A stretch of DNA of 55,645 nucleotides from a virus (taxonomy: Duplodnaviria > Caudoviricetes): positions 1 to 55,645 of IMG/VR virus record IMGVR_UViG_3300037503_000005. One strand, written 5' to 3'. Shown here in pieces: positions 9,102 through 17,897 of this stretch. The position numbers and the translations under genes were made by a program. The notes under the pieces were generated by a model. The model had not been told where the DNA came from and ran no database searches. It saw nothing but the letters and a program-made list of their open reading frames with translations. Position 1 is the stretch's first letter. The number at the start of each line of letters is the position of its first letter.

Positions 9102-9283
9102 GCCGCACGCCTCCCGTCACGTTGAACCACTTCAATCGAATAAATCCTTGAGCCGTCAGACAACTCAATTCCCTCTGCTTCATCACGCCTACGCCGATTT
9201 ATCTCTACCCATATATCGGCACGGCAGAATGAGCAGTACCGTCGATTCCGGTTGAGTATTGGTTTTCCGCATTGACAGGTCAT
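9098..9283 (-). CDS. Zinc-finger protein
   Basis: CQCG...YCSFC; ATGA overlaps. Confidence 0.65.
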   Translation of the reverse strand: MTCQCGKPILNRNRRYCSFCRADIWVEINRRRRDEAEGIELSDGSRIYSIEVVQRDGRRAA

Positions 9284-9495
9284 ACAACTCCTTTTCCATT
9301 ACCCTTGGCATCCTCACGTCTGCCCTTTAGATACCCAGCCGCGTAGCCCTTCTTGTAATCCCTTTCGCGCTCCCGCCGAAACACATCATCTAAGGTTCGA
9401 GTTCTAAGCTGTGAGCCGACCTTCACCATAAAATCAATGACGGCGAATTCTTCATCAGTCAGTGATTCAATCTCCTTAGCTAACTGGTCTTTCAT
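9280..9495 (-). CDS. Hypothetical protein
   Basis: Probable start MKDQLAK; YKKGYAAGY repeat. Confidence 0.55.
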   Translation of the reverse strand: MKDQLAKEIESLTDEEFAVIDFMVKVGSQLRTRTLDDVFRRERERDYKKGYAAGYLKGRREDAKGNGKGVV

Positions 9496-9617
9496 CTTGT
9501 CCGTCCCACACCTTCTGGCTCGTGTGCCAGAACTCACACCCGCTTTGTCTTTGCCCACTTCGTACCGCAGACAACCCACTTAAATTCACCTTCAAGCGTT
9601 ACTCTGTCCGAGTAGTC

Positions 9618-9845
9618 TTAGCTCTCGTCTGTCGCCTCTGTCTTTGAATACTTGGCGGAGCCTTTGACCACAGGCGAGATTCGCCAGAAGCCGTCACCGC
9701 CAGCACCGTATTGAACTTTAAGAATCGTTCCGTCAGAGAAGACGAGCAAAGTAGGTTCGTCATATTCGGGCGGGTTGAATTCTTCGTCAATATCGCCCTC
9801 TATCTCAATCAAATCATCGCTTGCGCCATAGATTGTTAATTTCAT
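9618..9845 (-). CDS. Hypothetical phage protein
   Basis: IYGASDDLIEIEG motif, which I recognise from other phages. Confidence 0.7.
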   Translation of the reverse strand: MKLTIYGASDDLIEIEGDIDEEFNPPEYDEPTLLVFSDGTILKVQYGAGGDGFWRISPVVKGSAKYSKTEATDES

Positions 9846-9965
9846 CTTCTACCCTTTCGTTTCTCCTTTTAGAGTTCCATCTCCCGCCACCATGGGTAGC
9901 CGCCTTGGCCGTCTGATAATGATTTAGAAATACCCGATCAATGAATTGATTATCAGACTCGGCAG

Positions 9966-11702
9966 TTACATCTTCTGTTCAGCTTCGCGCTCGTGACCTT
10001 CGATGTTTCGCGTGTAGCGTTCGTACTGCGGCACCGTCTCCGTAAATCTTCCCGACACCACATCGAAATAGAGTTCGCATTTTCCAATCCTGCCACATTC
10101 CCTGAACCTAACTTTCTGCACATGCACCTCAGTAGGCGAATGTTCATTCATCACGTCGCGCCACACTGAGAGCCCCATGTCAGCCTTGTTCCTGAAATGT
10201 GCGCTGCCACTAATATCGTAGAGAGTAGGTACGGGGTATGTACCTTGCTTGGGGTCTTTAGTAAGTTTGGTCGGATGAGCTACTAACCACAAGTGCTTTT
10301 CTTTCATGCGCACGAATCTTCGCATCCGTGTCAGGCTCTGACTGACATACTCCGTCTCATTCATACCGACAGGCCGCTTGTGCTCCAACTCATTCCACGG
10401 ATCAATGACCACGCCTTGAGTCTGAAACCCGCTCTCATCCGCCCACGACACGCAATCAAGAATCCCACTAACCGAGCAGCCGCCCTCATCCGGCAAGATG
10501 AAAACAAAGTGCTCATCCAGCCACCGCATCGCGTGCTCCATCGCAGATTCCGACATGCGCTCGACATCGCCTTTACCGAACGGCTGGCCTACGTGTATCG
10601 ACATCAGTTGCGCGGCATGTCTCTGAAGTGGTTGGTTCTCGATTGACGTGATAGCGATGCGCCAGTGATGCGTTTCAGCTAAATTGTGCAGGAGGGTATC
10701 AAGTACGGCAGTTTTGCCGTGGGAAGGTATGCCGGTAACGACCGTCCATTGACCAAGCTTGACCGTGTAGAACCAATCCAGGGAGGGGATGCCGGTGGAT
10801 AGGCCACCCCTCATACCGTTGTGATAGAGGTCGCGTATCTCGCCAGCCAGCTCACGTACAAAGTAAACGCCCTCTGGTCGCTCGCCATCCACTGCGGTTC
10901 GCTCTGGAAAGACGTGTACCGGATCATCGGGCGCGTACCTCGAAACGCTGTGTGCGATCTTGCGAACATCTCTATCAGGCAACGGCGGGTTGCATCGCTG
11001 CTCATTTTCAACCGATAGAGCTGCATAAATCGCTTCCTCGGTCATACCCCTGCGCCGCATGCTGCCCGCCAAACTCGTGAGCGCGTTATTGCGTGCGCCT
11101 TCGATGATCGGCTCGCCTTCGCCGCTGAAGGTCTGCGCGGGCTGCGGCTCGTTGAGCAGCATGACCAACCAGCCGGGGAGTTCGGGCAGCGCGTCAAACT
11201 CACCGCCCCACTGGTATCTGTTTCCGCTCACATGGAGGGACGGAGAGACTACGATGTAACCACCATCGCCGCGAACATCAATCCCTGCCCCCAAGCGAGT
11301 AGAGTTCTGAATGTTGCGGACACGAAAGCCGGGATGCTTGAAGAGAAGATGCCAACCGCCTCCCCCGGTCTGTGCATACACCTTCTCACTGAATTGTCCG
11401 TACTGTTCTTGAAGCTGTGTGATGCTTTGTGTACCGCCATGCCGTGGGTCTATGTCCAGAACTACGAAACCAGAAACTTCGCCAGTCGCTACAGCGATAT
11501 TCGCATCCGGCCACATCCCCCACCACTCCTGAATTTTCTTGGGATCATCCGTCGCGTCCAGCAACCCGTTCATGGTACGCGGGTGTTTGCCAACATCCGA
11601 GCAGGCAGGTTTATTACACGAACATCCCTGCGCCGTGGGGGTGTGGAGTGGAAATACTTTCCAGCCGAGTTCGGCATAGGACAGTGCGGCATCAAGCATC
11701 AT
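9966..11702 (-). CDS. Prim-Pol primase-polymerase + PriCT fused to SF4 (T7 gp4/Twinkle-like) helicase
   Basis: GW.VFPL, GKHP, LDID, GGWH, DVRG.GGY; EG.RN; VTGIPSHGKT, VIDPWN, LVAHP, DISGS, VQKVR. Confidence 0.92.
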   Translation of the reverse strand: MMLDAALSYAELGWKVFPLHTPTAQGCSCNKPACSDVGKHPRTMNGLLDATDDPKKIQEWWGMWPDANIAVATGEVSGFVVLDIDPRHGGTQSITQLQEQYGQFSEKVYAQTGGGGWHLLFKHPGFRVRNIQNSTRLGAGIDVRGDGGYIVVSPSLHVSGNRYQWGGEFDALPELPGWLVMLLNEPQPAQTFSGEGEPIIEGARNNALTSLAGSMRRRGMTEEAIYAALSVENEQRCNPPLPDRDVRKIAHSVSRYAPDDPVHVFPERTAVDGERPEGVYFVRELAGEIRDLYHNGMRGGLSTGIPSLDWFYTVKLGQWTVVTGIPSHGKTAVLDTLLHNLAETHHWRIAITSIENQPLQRHAAQLMSIHVGQPFGKGDVERMSESAMEHAMRWLDEHFVFILPDEGGCSVSGILDCVSWADESGFQTQGVVIDPWNELEHKRPVGMNETEYVSQSLTRMRRFVRMKEKHLWLVAHPTKLTKDPKQGTYPVPTLYDISGSAHFRNKADMGLSVWRDVMNEHSPTEVHVQKVRFRECGRIGKCELYFDVVSGRFTETVPQYERYTRNIEGHEREAEQKM

Positions 11703-12163
11703 GCTACTTTCCTCCGTGCCTCTTCATACGCAATCCGCGTCAAGGCATCTGCTACATCATTCTCGTCACGCCTAACCCATCTCAGGCTCGCGTTTGGCAA
11801 ATCCCTGAGCAAGTTCTGACACTCGTTGCGAAATGGGATTAAATGTTTCGCATGACAATCCCATGCACCATTCACCTGTTGAACCACGAGGTTTGAGTCT
11901 GTGAAGATGTCGGCGTGAGCTTCACCGTCGTACTGTTCAAGCCACCTGAGCGCAGCGCGGACGGCGCGATACTCACAAACATTGTTCGTGATGCCTTCGC
12001 CGGGACGGGCGATGCACGCCCAAGCCTGGTGCAGAGGCGTAGGACGTTCTGCCCCTCGTGTGCCGCTGACATCGCCCTCAAACGCAATGAAAGCACAGCA
12101 TCCGAACCCGTCAGGGTTAGTCGGTTCGGTTAAACCGTCGCAGAAAATTGTTATCTGTTTCAT
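11699..12163 (-). CDS. Ribonuclease HI-like protein
   Basis: FCDG, TNNVCEY, TDSNLVVQQVNG.W, WVRR.EN..AD.L. Confidence 0.9.
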   Translation of the reverse strand: MKQITIFCDGLTEPTNPDGFGCCAFIAFEGDVSGTRGAERPTPLHQAWACIARPGEGITNNVCEYRAVRAALRWLEQYDGEAHADIFTDSNLVVQQVNGAWDCHAKHLIPFRNECQNLLRDLPNASLRWVRRDENDVADALTRIAYEEARRKVA

Positions 12164-12601
12164 TTATTCTCCCTGCTCGCCGTGTTCAAACCTTGCCCTG
12201 CGAGCCTTCAAAAGCGACGGAGCGCGCATCGCATCAAAGCGGCCTTCCAGCATAATTACCTCGCCAAATTCTGCGATAAATCGGCAGTAAAGAAATGTAA
12301 TGTTGGGGCTGATTTCGCCGTGTAAAATCATGCCGTCGCGTTGGGACAGCCGACACAGGCGAACAAACTTGGCCTGTTCTTCGTCGGTCGGAAATGTACC
12401 TTTCACTTCAACCCAAAGATTCTTTTCCGTCAGAAGAAAGTCAGGGAGATACCACGTCCCACCAAGATCGTAGCCTTCGCTCTCGTAGCTGTATGCCCAC
12501 CCTTCGGCGTCAAAAAAGACAGCCCACCGTGCCTCAAGGCGCGAGCGAAACCTGTAGCCGTTGTAGTTTGTTTCAATGGCTTTGATGGTCGAATCACTCA
12601 T
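12164..12601 (-). CDS. PD-(D/E)XK nuclease
   Basis: FRSRLEARWAVFFD, YLPDF, WVEVKG; start at MSDSTIK. Confidence 0.85.
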   Translation of the reverse strand: MSDSTIKAIETNYNGYRFRSRLEARWAVFFDAEGWAYSYESEGYDLGGTWYLPDFLLTEKNLWVEVKGTFPTDEEQAKFVRLCRLSQRDGMILHGEISPNITFLYCRFIAEFGEVIMLEGRFDAMRAPSLLKARRARFEHGEQGE

Positions 12602-13383
12602 AGTACCGGCGGCCTCTCTCTCTTGATTGTTCCAACACTCACGAAACTTTCCAGCTTTGAACCGTTGCGGCAAATCAGGGTTAAATCATCGTAGGCTTGC
12701 CCGCGTTCGTTCTGCCCTCTGTGGAAAGGGGAAGCGCGGCAACCGTCGATTGCCTTTTTAATCACTTCGACGGTGTAGCCCTCCCTGAGTCTGGCACGAA
12801 TCACCCTCTCCCTCTCCGGTGTTAGTCTGGCTTGGGGATGCTCCAGTGATTCTTGCCAGTAGGAAAAAACTTCCTGTACAGCCGTCGAGCCGTTAGGGCT
12901 CGACAATGTAGTTTCTTTCTTCTTGGGTTCTTTCCTAGAGGGTTCTTTCTTTATTTCATGTGGTGAACTTGTAACTTCACTGTATGAACTTGCAACTTCA
13001 TCCTGTGAACTTGCTAGTTCATGTGGTGAACTTGCAAACCGCTTGATATTGTCAGGCCAGATGTCCGTGAGAGTGATAACGTGGCGTGCTTTTCCGCCGT
13101 GAGGGTTCTCTTCTTCCTTGACGTGAATCAAGGATTTTCCGGCCAGTTCGATCCTTGCGGTGGTGAGCGCGTCTTTGGCCTTGCTGACCATTCCTGCGCT
13201 CATGCCCGTCTCTTTGGCTAGGGTGGCCGTAGACTTCCAGCACTCGCCCTGCTCGCCAGCCGTGCGCTTCAAGTGAAGGTATAAGGTCAGTTCAAACGGC
13301 GATAAGCCGAGCGTGAAAACCACGTTCGGAATCTCCGTGCGGTAACGTCTGCCGTCGCCCGCGTCTGAAACTGCCTGCCTCAA
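12598..13383 (-). CDS. Replication initiator, lambda O-like (N-terminal wHTH)
   Basis: LYLHL...CWKS..TLAKETGMS HTH, Ser-rich repeat linker, C-terminal LT.ER...I.ARL.EGY domain, internal iterons. Confidence 0.85.
   Translation of the reverse strand: MRQAVSDAGDGRRYRTEIPNVVFTLGLSPFELTLYLHLKRTAGEQGECWKSTATLAKETGMSAGMVSKAKDALTTARIELAGKSLIHVKEEENPHGGKARHVITLTDIWPDNIKRFASSPHELASSQDEVASSYSEVTSSPHEIKKEPSRKEPKKKETTLSSPNGSTAVQEVFSYWQESLEHPQARLTPERERVIRARLREGYTVEVIKKAIDGCRASPFHRGQNERGQAYDDLTLICRNGSKLESFVSVGTIKRERPPVL
12955..13038. repeat. Four 21-bp iterons (TTCA-N5-TGAACTTG), putative lytic origin
   Basis: TGAACTTG at 12964, 12985, 13006, 13027 inside the initiator gene, next to a T-rich tract. Confidence 0.8.
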
Positions 13384-13655
13384 CTCTGATACTCCCTGTG
13401 TAAAAAGCTAATGCCCCCGTACCACCGAGACGCGGCGACGAGTCCACAACAGCGACGAAGGGACGCGTTTAGCGCCTGTTGGTACGGAGGCATCAGCTTC
13501 CGCGCTACTAAGGATAGTATTCGGTTGTGAAAGCCGCCTTCCGTGTCTAAAGACACGAAAAACGCACCCCTTCGTCGCTATCCCCATGTTACCACAAATC
13601 CTCATCTCGTGGTTGAAAAACTTCACGCCACCACTCGTAATCCTCCGTGGTGATT

Positions 13656-14057
13656 TCATCCGGCCCGATCAATTCTTTCATCGCTATCTCCTAGTTTGTA
13701 CCCCGTTAGATTTGGGGTCGGTTCAACGTAAAACAACTTGCCCACGCCCCGCTCAGTTCCGGCCTCACAAAAGAATGCTAAATCCTCATCCGTGAGGTTG
13801 AACCACTCGCCATTGATACGCCTCGATTTGAAATAGTCATGAAAGTGCCACTCACATCTCGAGATATCATTCGTGCGTAATGCGTGTACGAGTTGCACCT
13901 TGAAGGGCAACACCAAGCCGAATTGTGACAGTCTGTTTTTGAGTACCTTTGCTTTGCCAATTTTGTAGCCATAGTCACTCCGCAGCAGGTAAACAAATCC
14001 GGGTGTTGGTGTTGCCCCAAGGTAATTACTGCGCCGTTTGCGCTTGTTTAGAAAGGG
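13656..14057 (-). CDS. GIY-YIG / T5orf172-like nuclease domain with no start codon of its own (probably reached by -1 frameshift)
   Basis: GFVYLL...YKIGK, E..FH..F...R.NGEWF.L; frame is open back to the CCCTTTC heptamer. Confidence 0.75.
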   Translation of the reverse strand, partial: PFLNKRKRRSNYLGATPTPGFVYLLRSDYGYKIGKAKVLKNRLSQFGLVLPFKVQLVHALRTNDISRCEWHFHDYFKSRRINGEWFNLTDEDLAFFCEAGTERGVGKLFYVEPTPNLTGYKLGDSDERIDRAG

Positions 14058-14473
14058 ACCACATCAGGCTCAGGCTGTCGGTTTCCCTGAGCTATGCCTC
14101 CGAATGGAGCTTGCCCCTGCGCCTGCTGGTTAATGGTTTGTGCGTTGTGTTGCTGGGGAAGTTCCGAGTCAACACGGATACAGTGCGTGGGCTTGCCTTG
14201 GTATTGTGTGATGTCCGGTTTGAGAGTGATGCGCGCGCCGACCCATGAAGTGTAGTCTTCAGTTCCGAGCAGCATGGCGATCATGCGGGCGTTGGTGGCG
14301 TTCAGAGCAAGGCGTTTGCCGCTGCCTTCCTGAAAGTCCAGTACGATCTTTTTGTCATCGCCTACCGATTCGACGGCAGAGGCTTTAATGGTGACATGGA
14401 CTTTCTGGCCTCTCAGGTCTTCAACTTTTAGAAAGCTTGACTTGGACTCGTAAATGTCATTGATGTTTGGCAT
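14048..14473 (-). CDS. Putative single-stranded DNA-binding protein
   Basis: FLK.EDL, L.LN.TN, W.G..ITL; Q-rich linker; acidic C-terminus ending DVVPF. Confidence 0.75.
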   Translation of the reverse strand: MPNINDIYESKSSFLKVEDLRGQKVHVTIKASAVESVGDDKKIVLDFQEGSGKRLALNATNARMIAMLLGTEDYTSWVGARITLKPDITQYQGKPTHCIRVDSELPQQHNAQTINQQAQGQAPFGGIAQGNRQPEPDVVPF

Positions 14474-14519
14474 TGTTCTTTCCTCTTTCTTGTTGTGGCT
14501 CGACTCGTCTACTGACCCG

Positions 14520-14918
14520 TCATCGCCATTGTGGTTGCGGTGCAGAAGCTAATTCGGCCTCTGCCTGATTTGTTCTCGCAAGTGTCTGGTAAGCTGATAG
14601 CGTGGCTTTCAGAGCGTGTACATATTCTCTTGCTGCTTCGCGCTCGGCTTCCGCGATGTGAGCCGCCAGACGTTCGGACTCACACACCTTGTCAACCTTC
14701 GCCGTTTTCTCTGGTATCGTTCCTTCGGCGTTCAGGTAAGCTATCGACTTTGCGCGCCTGTAGTTATTCTCGGCTTCAGCCCAATTTCTACCGGCTGTGC
14801 GCAGGTCATTAACAGCATCCAATAACTTGTTGGTCAGGTCTTTTAATTGATCGTTCAACTCGGTAAACGAGTAGATTTCAGATAGTGTCATTTCTCTCTT
14901 CTCCTCTACGCTTCCCAA
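14520..14918 (-). CDS. Coiled-coil protein, possibly UvsY-like recombination mediator
   Basis: All-helical, adjacent to SSB. Confidence 0.5.
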   Translation of the reverse strand: MGSVEEKREMTLSEIYSFTELNDQLKDLTNKLLDAVNDLRTAGRNWAEAENNYRRAKSIAYLNAEGTIPEKTAKVDKVCESERLAAHIAEAEREAAREYVHALKATLSAYQTLARTNQAEAELASAPQPQWR

Positions 14919-14943
14919 TCAGGGTTAAGCCGTGTGGCGCGGC

Positions 14944-15627
14944 TCACCCTGATAAGCGGGTGAGCCTTTCTTCGTTCGATTCAGAATGAAATAGGGGTAA
15001 AACCTTTTCAGGTTTCAGTTGGCGCGGAATATCGCAACCTATTCCTTGTGCACGCTTGATTCGTGCACGCGATACTTCACAGAAATAATCATCCGAATCA
15101 ATCAAGATAGAGTTGCGTTTCTCAATCTCTGCCGCGACTCCGGTCGTTCCAGAGCCGCAAGTAAAGTCAAGTATGGTGTCGCCTTCGTTTGAGTATGTGC
15201 GAATGAGATAGCGCAGGAGTTCAGTCGGCTTTTGATTCGGGTGAAACCTATCTGGAGAATCGTTGTCAACGCATGGAAAGTAAATAATGCTTTTGGGGTT
15301 GCGGGTTGTATCGCCCGCATTGTTCACAGCCTCACGATGAAAGCCGTAGACAGTTGAGCTATTCGCTTTCCGTCTTGCGAAGTTGACGGGCTCGTGTCCA
15401 GTTGTTTTCTGCGGGTTGTAAGTGATAGCGCCTCGACCAAAAACTAAGATTGATTCATGTATCTTCATTGGCTGAACAGGAGCGTTTAGAAAGTTGCTCG
15501 CCCTGTTCTTTTCCCAGATAACTTCATGCTTGAACTGCTGCAGGTTGCTGGCGACAAGTAAGGACGTGAAAGGCTGCGAAGCGAACAAGACTATAGCGCC
15601 GCCCTTTTTAACTAAAGCGTTCAGGCT
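14944..15627 (-). pseudogene. 5'-truncated DNA N4/N6 methyltransferase
   Basis: GAIVLFASQPF, HE.ILVF, HPNQKP, LDFTCGSGTT are present; N-terminal DPPY region and start are missing (in-frame TAA upstream). Confidence 0.75.
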
Positions 15628-15676
15628 CGTCCCGCCAGTGCATGATGCCGTCGATTAATCTCTCTTCGTAGTACAT
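15608..15676 (-). CDS. Short ORF MYYEERLIDGIMHWRDEPERFS (likely truncated small gene)
   Basis: AAAGGA RBS; overlaps the methyltransferase remnant out of frame. Confidence 0.45.
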   Translation of the reverse strand: MYYEERLIDGIMHWRDEPERFS

Positions 15677-15689
15677 CGCTGTCCTTTCA

Positions 15690-16560
15690 TCAGAGCCGCG
15701 TTACTGCGTGGGACTCAGGGATAACTCGCGTATGCATCCACAGGCCGTTCGCTTCCTCTAAATCATCCGTTGAATCCGCCGGCTCGTCCGCTACCCCGGC
15801 CAACCAAGAAGGGGGAAAACGGTTTGAAGGGCTGACACTATCCGCTCGCTTCCCACCGGAGTTAGTTGATATGGTCGTGGTTCAAATGTCCTATGGACTC
15901 CCACGATTACACAGTCAACATATCCGCCCTAGCCTCGTCCGATGTGCCAGCCCTTCAGATTGAGCCAGTAGCACGCCTACGCTTCGCTACCATCCCCCCG
16001 AACCGCACCACCTGTTCTATTGGGTCAGCATCAACCCCGGCGGCTTGTCAGAATGCAGATGCTTTCTTTTTCTGGCGGTCTAACGTGTGCGGCTGGCAAA
16101 GCAACGCGAGTTGTACACGTTGGGCTCTTTGCTTCCCCGCATGGCTCAAACTGTTAAAGAACGTAGGGCGTCCAGAGTGGATGCAATCTATACCCCCATG
16201 CGGATTGATCGGCTCGCATGTGTGGCCGTGGACGCCCCAAGCTTTGTCAAAGATGCGCTCCGATGGTGCGGGCTGTACCTAACTGCTGACTGGTGCAGGT
16301 CTGCATAAGCCCGCGTATGGACGCCCGGAGCAAGCGTGCCCGACCTCGCAGAGCATGGATAAACTCGGTGGTCATCCGTAGAGCCATGATGCTTTGGGCT
16401 GGCATCTCAATAATACGTTGTCAAAGAATCAGAAAGAGGCGGCATCCCCTCGACCCGTTGTGCGTCGAGGGGTTACGGGAGGAATTCCGCAAGAGTCTCG
16501 TCAAACTCTTCTGCCGCCCCTCGCCCTTGTGCCGACTTGCAGTTTGTGGCGACACAAGAT
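15690..16560 (-). ncRNA. Candidate large structured ncRNA or ncRNA array
   Basis: No credible ORF; adjacent closed stems; boxA-like motifs; lies downstream of the tRNA. Confidence 0.55.
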
Positions 16561-16568
16561 TTCAAAGA

Positions 16569-16644
16569 TGGTCGCGGGGGCTGGATTCGCACCAGCGTTC
16601 TTCGGGTTATGAGCCCGACGAGATGACTACTTCTCCACCCCGCT
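16569..16644 (-). tRNA. tRNA-Met(CAT), initiator type
   Basis: 76-nt cloverleaf, TCGGG-CTCATAA-CCCGA anticodon arm with 3 G-C pairs, 1:72 mismatch, encoded CCA. Confidence 0.92.
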
Positions 16645-16757
16645 AAAAGTGTTTGGGTCATAGCGCAGTCCGGCGAAACTATGACCCCAGTCAGGTTCAT
16701 AACTCCTGACCGTTTATGTGATGAATGCAAAGAACTCAAATTCTTAATCCGAGCGGT

Positions 16758-17012
16758 TTATGCACTCTCAAGCGCGGCTGTCTCGGATGCTGCCTCAACT
16801 TCAATTCCTGACCCTGCGCCACAAAGATAACCATTGATATACCACCCGAAACAGAGGGCGCGTTGAGCGTTATAGGCATCGCTCGGCAGCGTGCTTCTTA
16901 GAAAAGAAGATTGCTCGTCAAAGCGTTTATTGAATTCACCGCGTAGTGATTCTCTGAAAGCTATGTAATCATCCCCTGTCGTATCGGCAATAAGTGACTC
17001 CACTGATCCCAT
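16758..17012 (-). CDS. Hypothetical protein
   Basis: GAGGA RBS. Confidence 0.6.
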   Translation of the reverse strand: MGSVESLIADTTGDDYIAFRESLRGEFNKRFDEQSSFLRSTLPSDAYNAQRALCFGWYINGYLCGAGSGIEVEAASETAALESA

Positions 17013-17082
17013 TGGTTAGTCCTCTACTTTCGCGCCCTCAAATGATATTAAGCCAACTCGCCGCACCCCTCTCTAACGTGTG

Positions 17083-17700
17083 CTACAGACGCTCGTTTAC
17101 TTTCTGTCGCGCTAGATTCAAAGTATCCTCGACCTCCGCGAACTGTGATTGAAGATTCAAAGCCTTGAACTGCCGCTTCAGCCTTTCGAGCCTCTGGACA
17201 GCTTCACTAGCCTGACCGATGCTGATTAACAGATACGCGATGTTGTTCTCGGTCTCCATGCGGGCAACGAAGTCCCCCGCCAATTCGTGAAAACGTGATG
17301 CGTTTTTGTATTCGATGAGCGCTTTGTGGTGGAGTCCGAGCCTGAGATATGTAGTGGCAAGCCCGTTCGCGTACTTACCCTTCAAGGTGTTGCTGGATGT
17401 CTGCTCGAATAATGATTGCGATAGCGTATGAATAGAAAGGGCTGTCAGGTAGTTTCCCGCACCTCTCTCAATCATCGCCCAGTTGAAAGCCAAGATAAGA
17501 CGCAGGTCGTTGTCTTCGGTTTCGTTCAGGGCTTCGAGCGTGACGGCGCGCGCCTCATCAAGCTTGCCCGCACAGTAGAGTGCGACGCCCCGCTCCCGTT
17601 TGGCGCTTGCGCTATTGGGGATTCCCCCGTTTAGTTCTACAATGTTAATAGTTCTTTGCATCTTCACTGAAAGGAGAAAATCACATGAGACGATTAGCAC
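17083..17700 (-). CDS. Tetratricopeptide-repeat protein
   Basis: Repeated helical pairs: G.L.EA, GNY..AL, N.LA..Y..LG...AL..Y, NNIA.L....G...EA. Confidence 0.8.
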   Translation of the reverse strand: MLIVSCDFLLSVKMQRTINIVELNGGIPNSASAKRERGVALYCAGKLDEARAVTLEALNETEDNDLRLILAFNWAMIERGAGNYLTALSIHTLSQSLFEQTSSNTLKGKYANGLATTYLRLGLHHKALIEYKNASRFHELAGDFVARMETENNIAYLLISIGQASEAVQRLERLKRQFKALNLQSQFAEVEDTLNLARQKVNERL

Positions 17701-17897
17701 TCTCCGTCATGTTGATGGCGCTCTCTTGTCCGGTTGCCTTCGCTGGTATAATCGAACAGCCTGGACAAACTTTTGTGAGCCCCGTTGACATCGCGTTGAT
17801 CTTTCTGAGCATCCTGCTCGGCTAAGGTCTGGAGGGCTGCTACTCACTCAGCCTCATACGTCCCTCGCATGAGTCCTACCCTAAGCTTTCACAACCC

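Noticed and set aside
12955-13038. CRISPR-like array
   Set aside because: Contiguous 21-bp units without unique spacers, inside an initiator gene; these are iterons
15660-15697. Hammerhead ribozyme (CTGATGA on the minus strand)
   Set aside because: No stem II followed by GAAA and no matching cleavage triplet arms
15990-16050. Group II intron domain V (minus strand AAGCCGC...GCGGTTCGGGGGG)
   Set aside because: Longer than a canonical domain V, no GNRA-capped upper stem, no GTGCG 5' end joining exons, and no upstream MTase exon or RT
15866-16739. ORF-track proteins in the RNA-rich region
   Set aside because: No RBS, atypical composition, and they overlap the tRNA and structured elements
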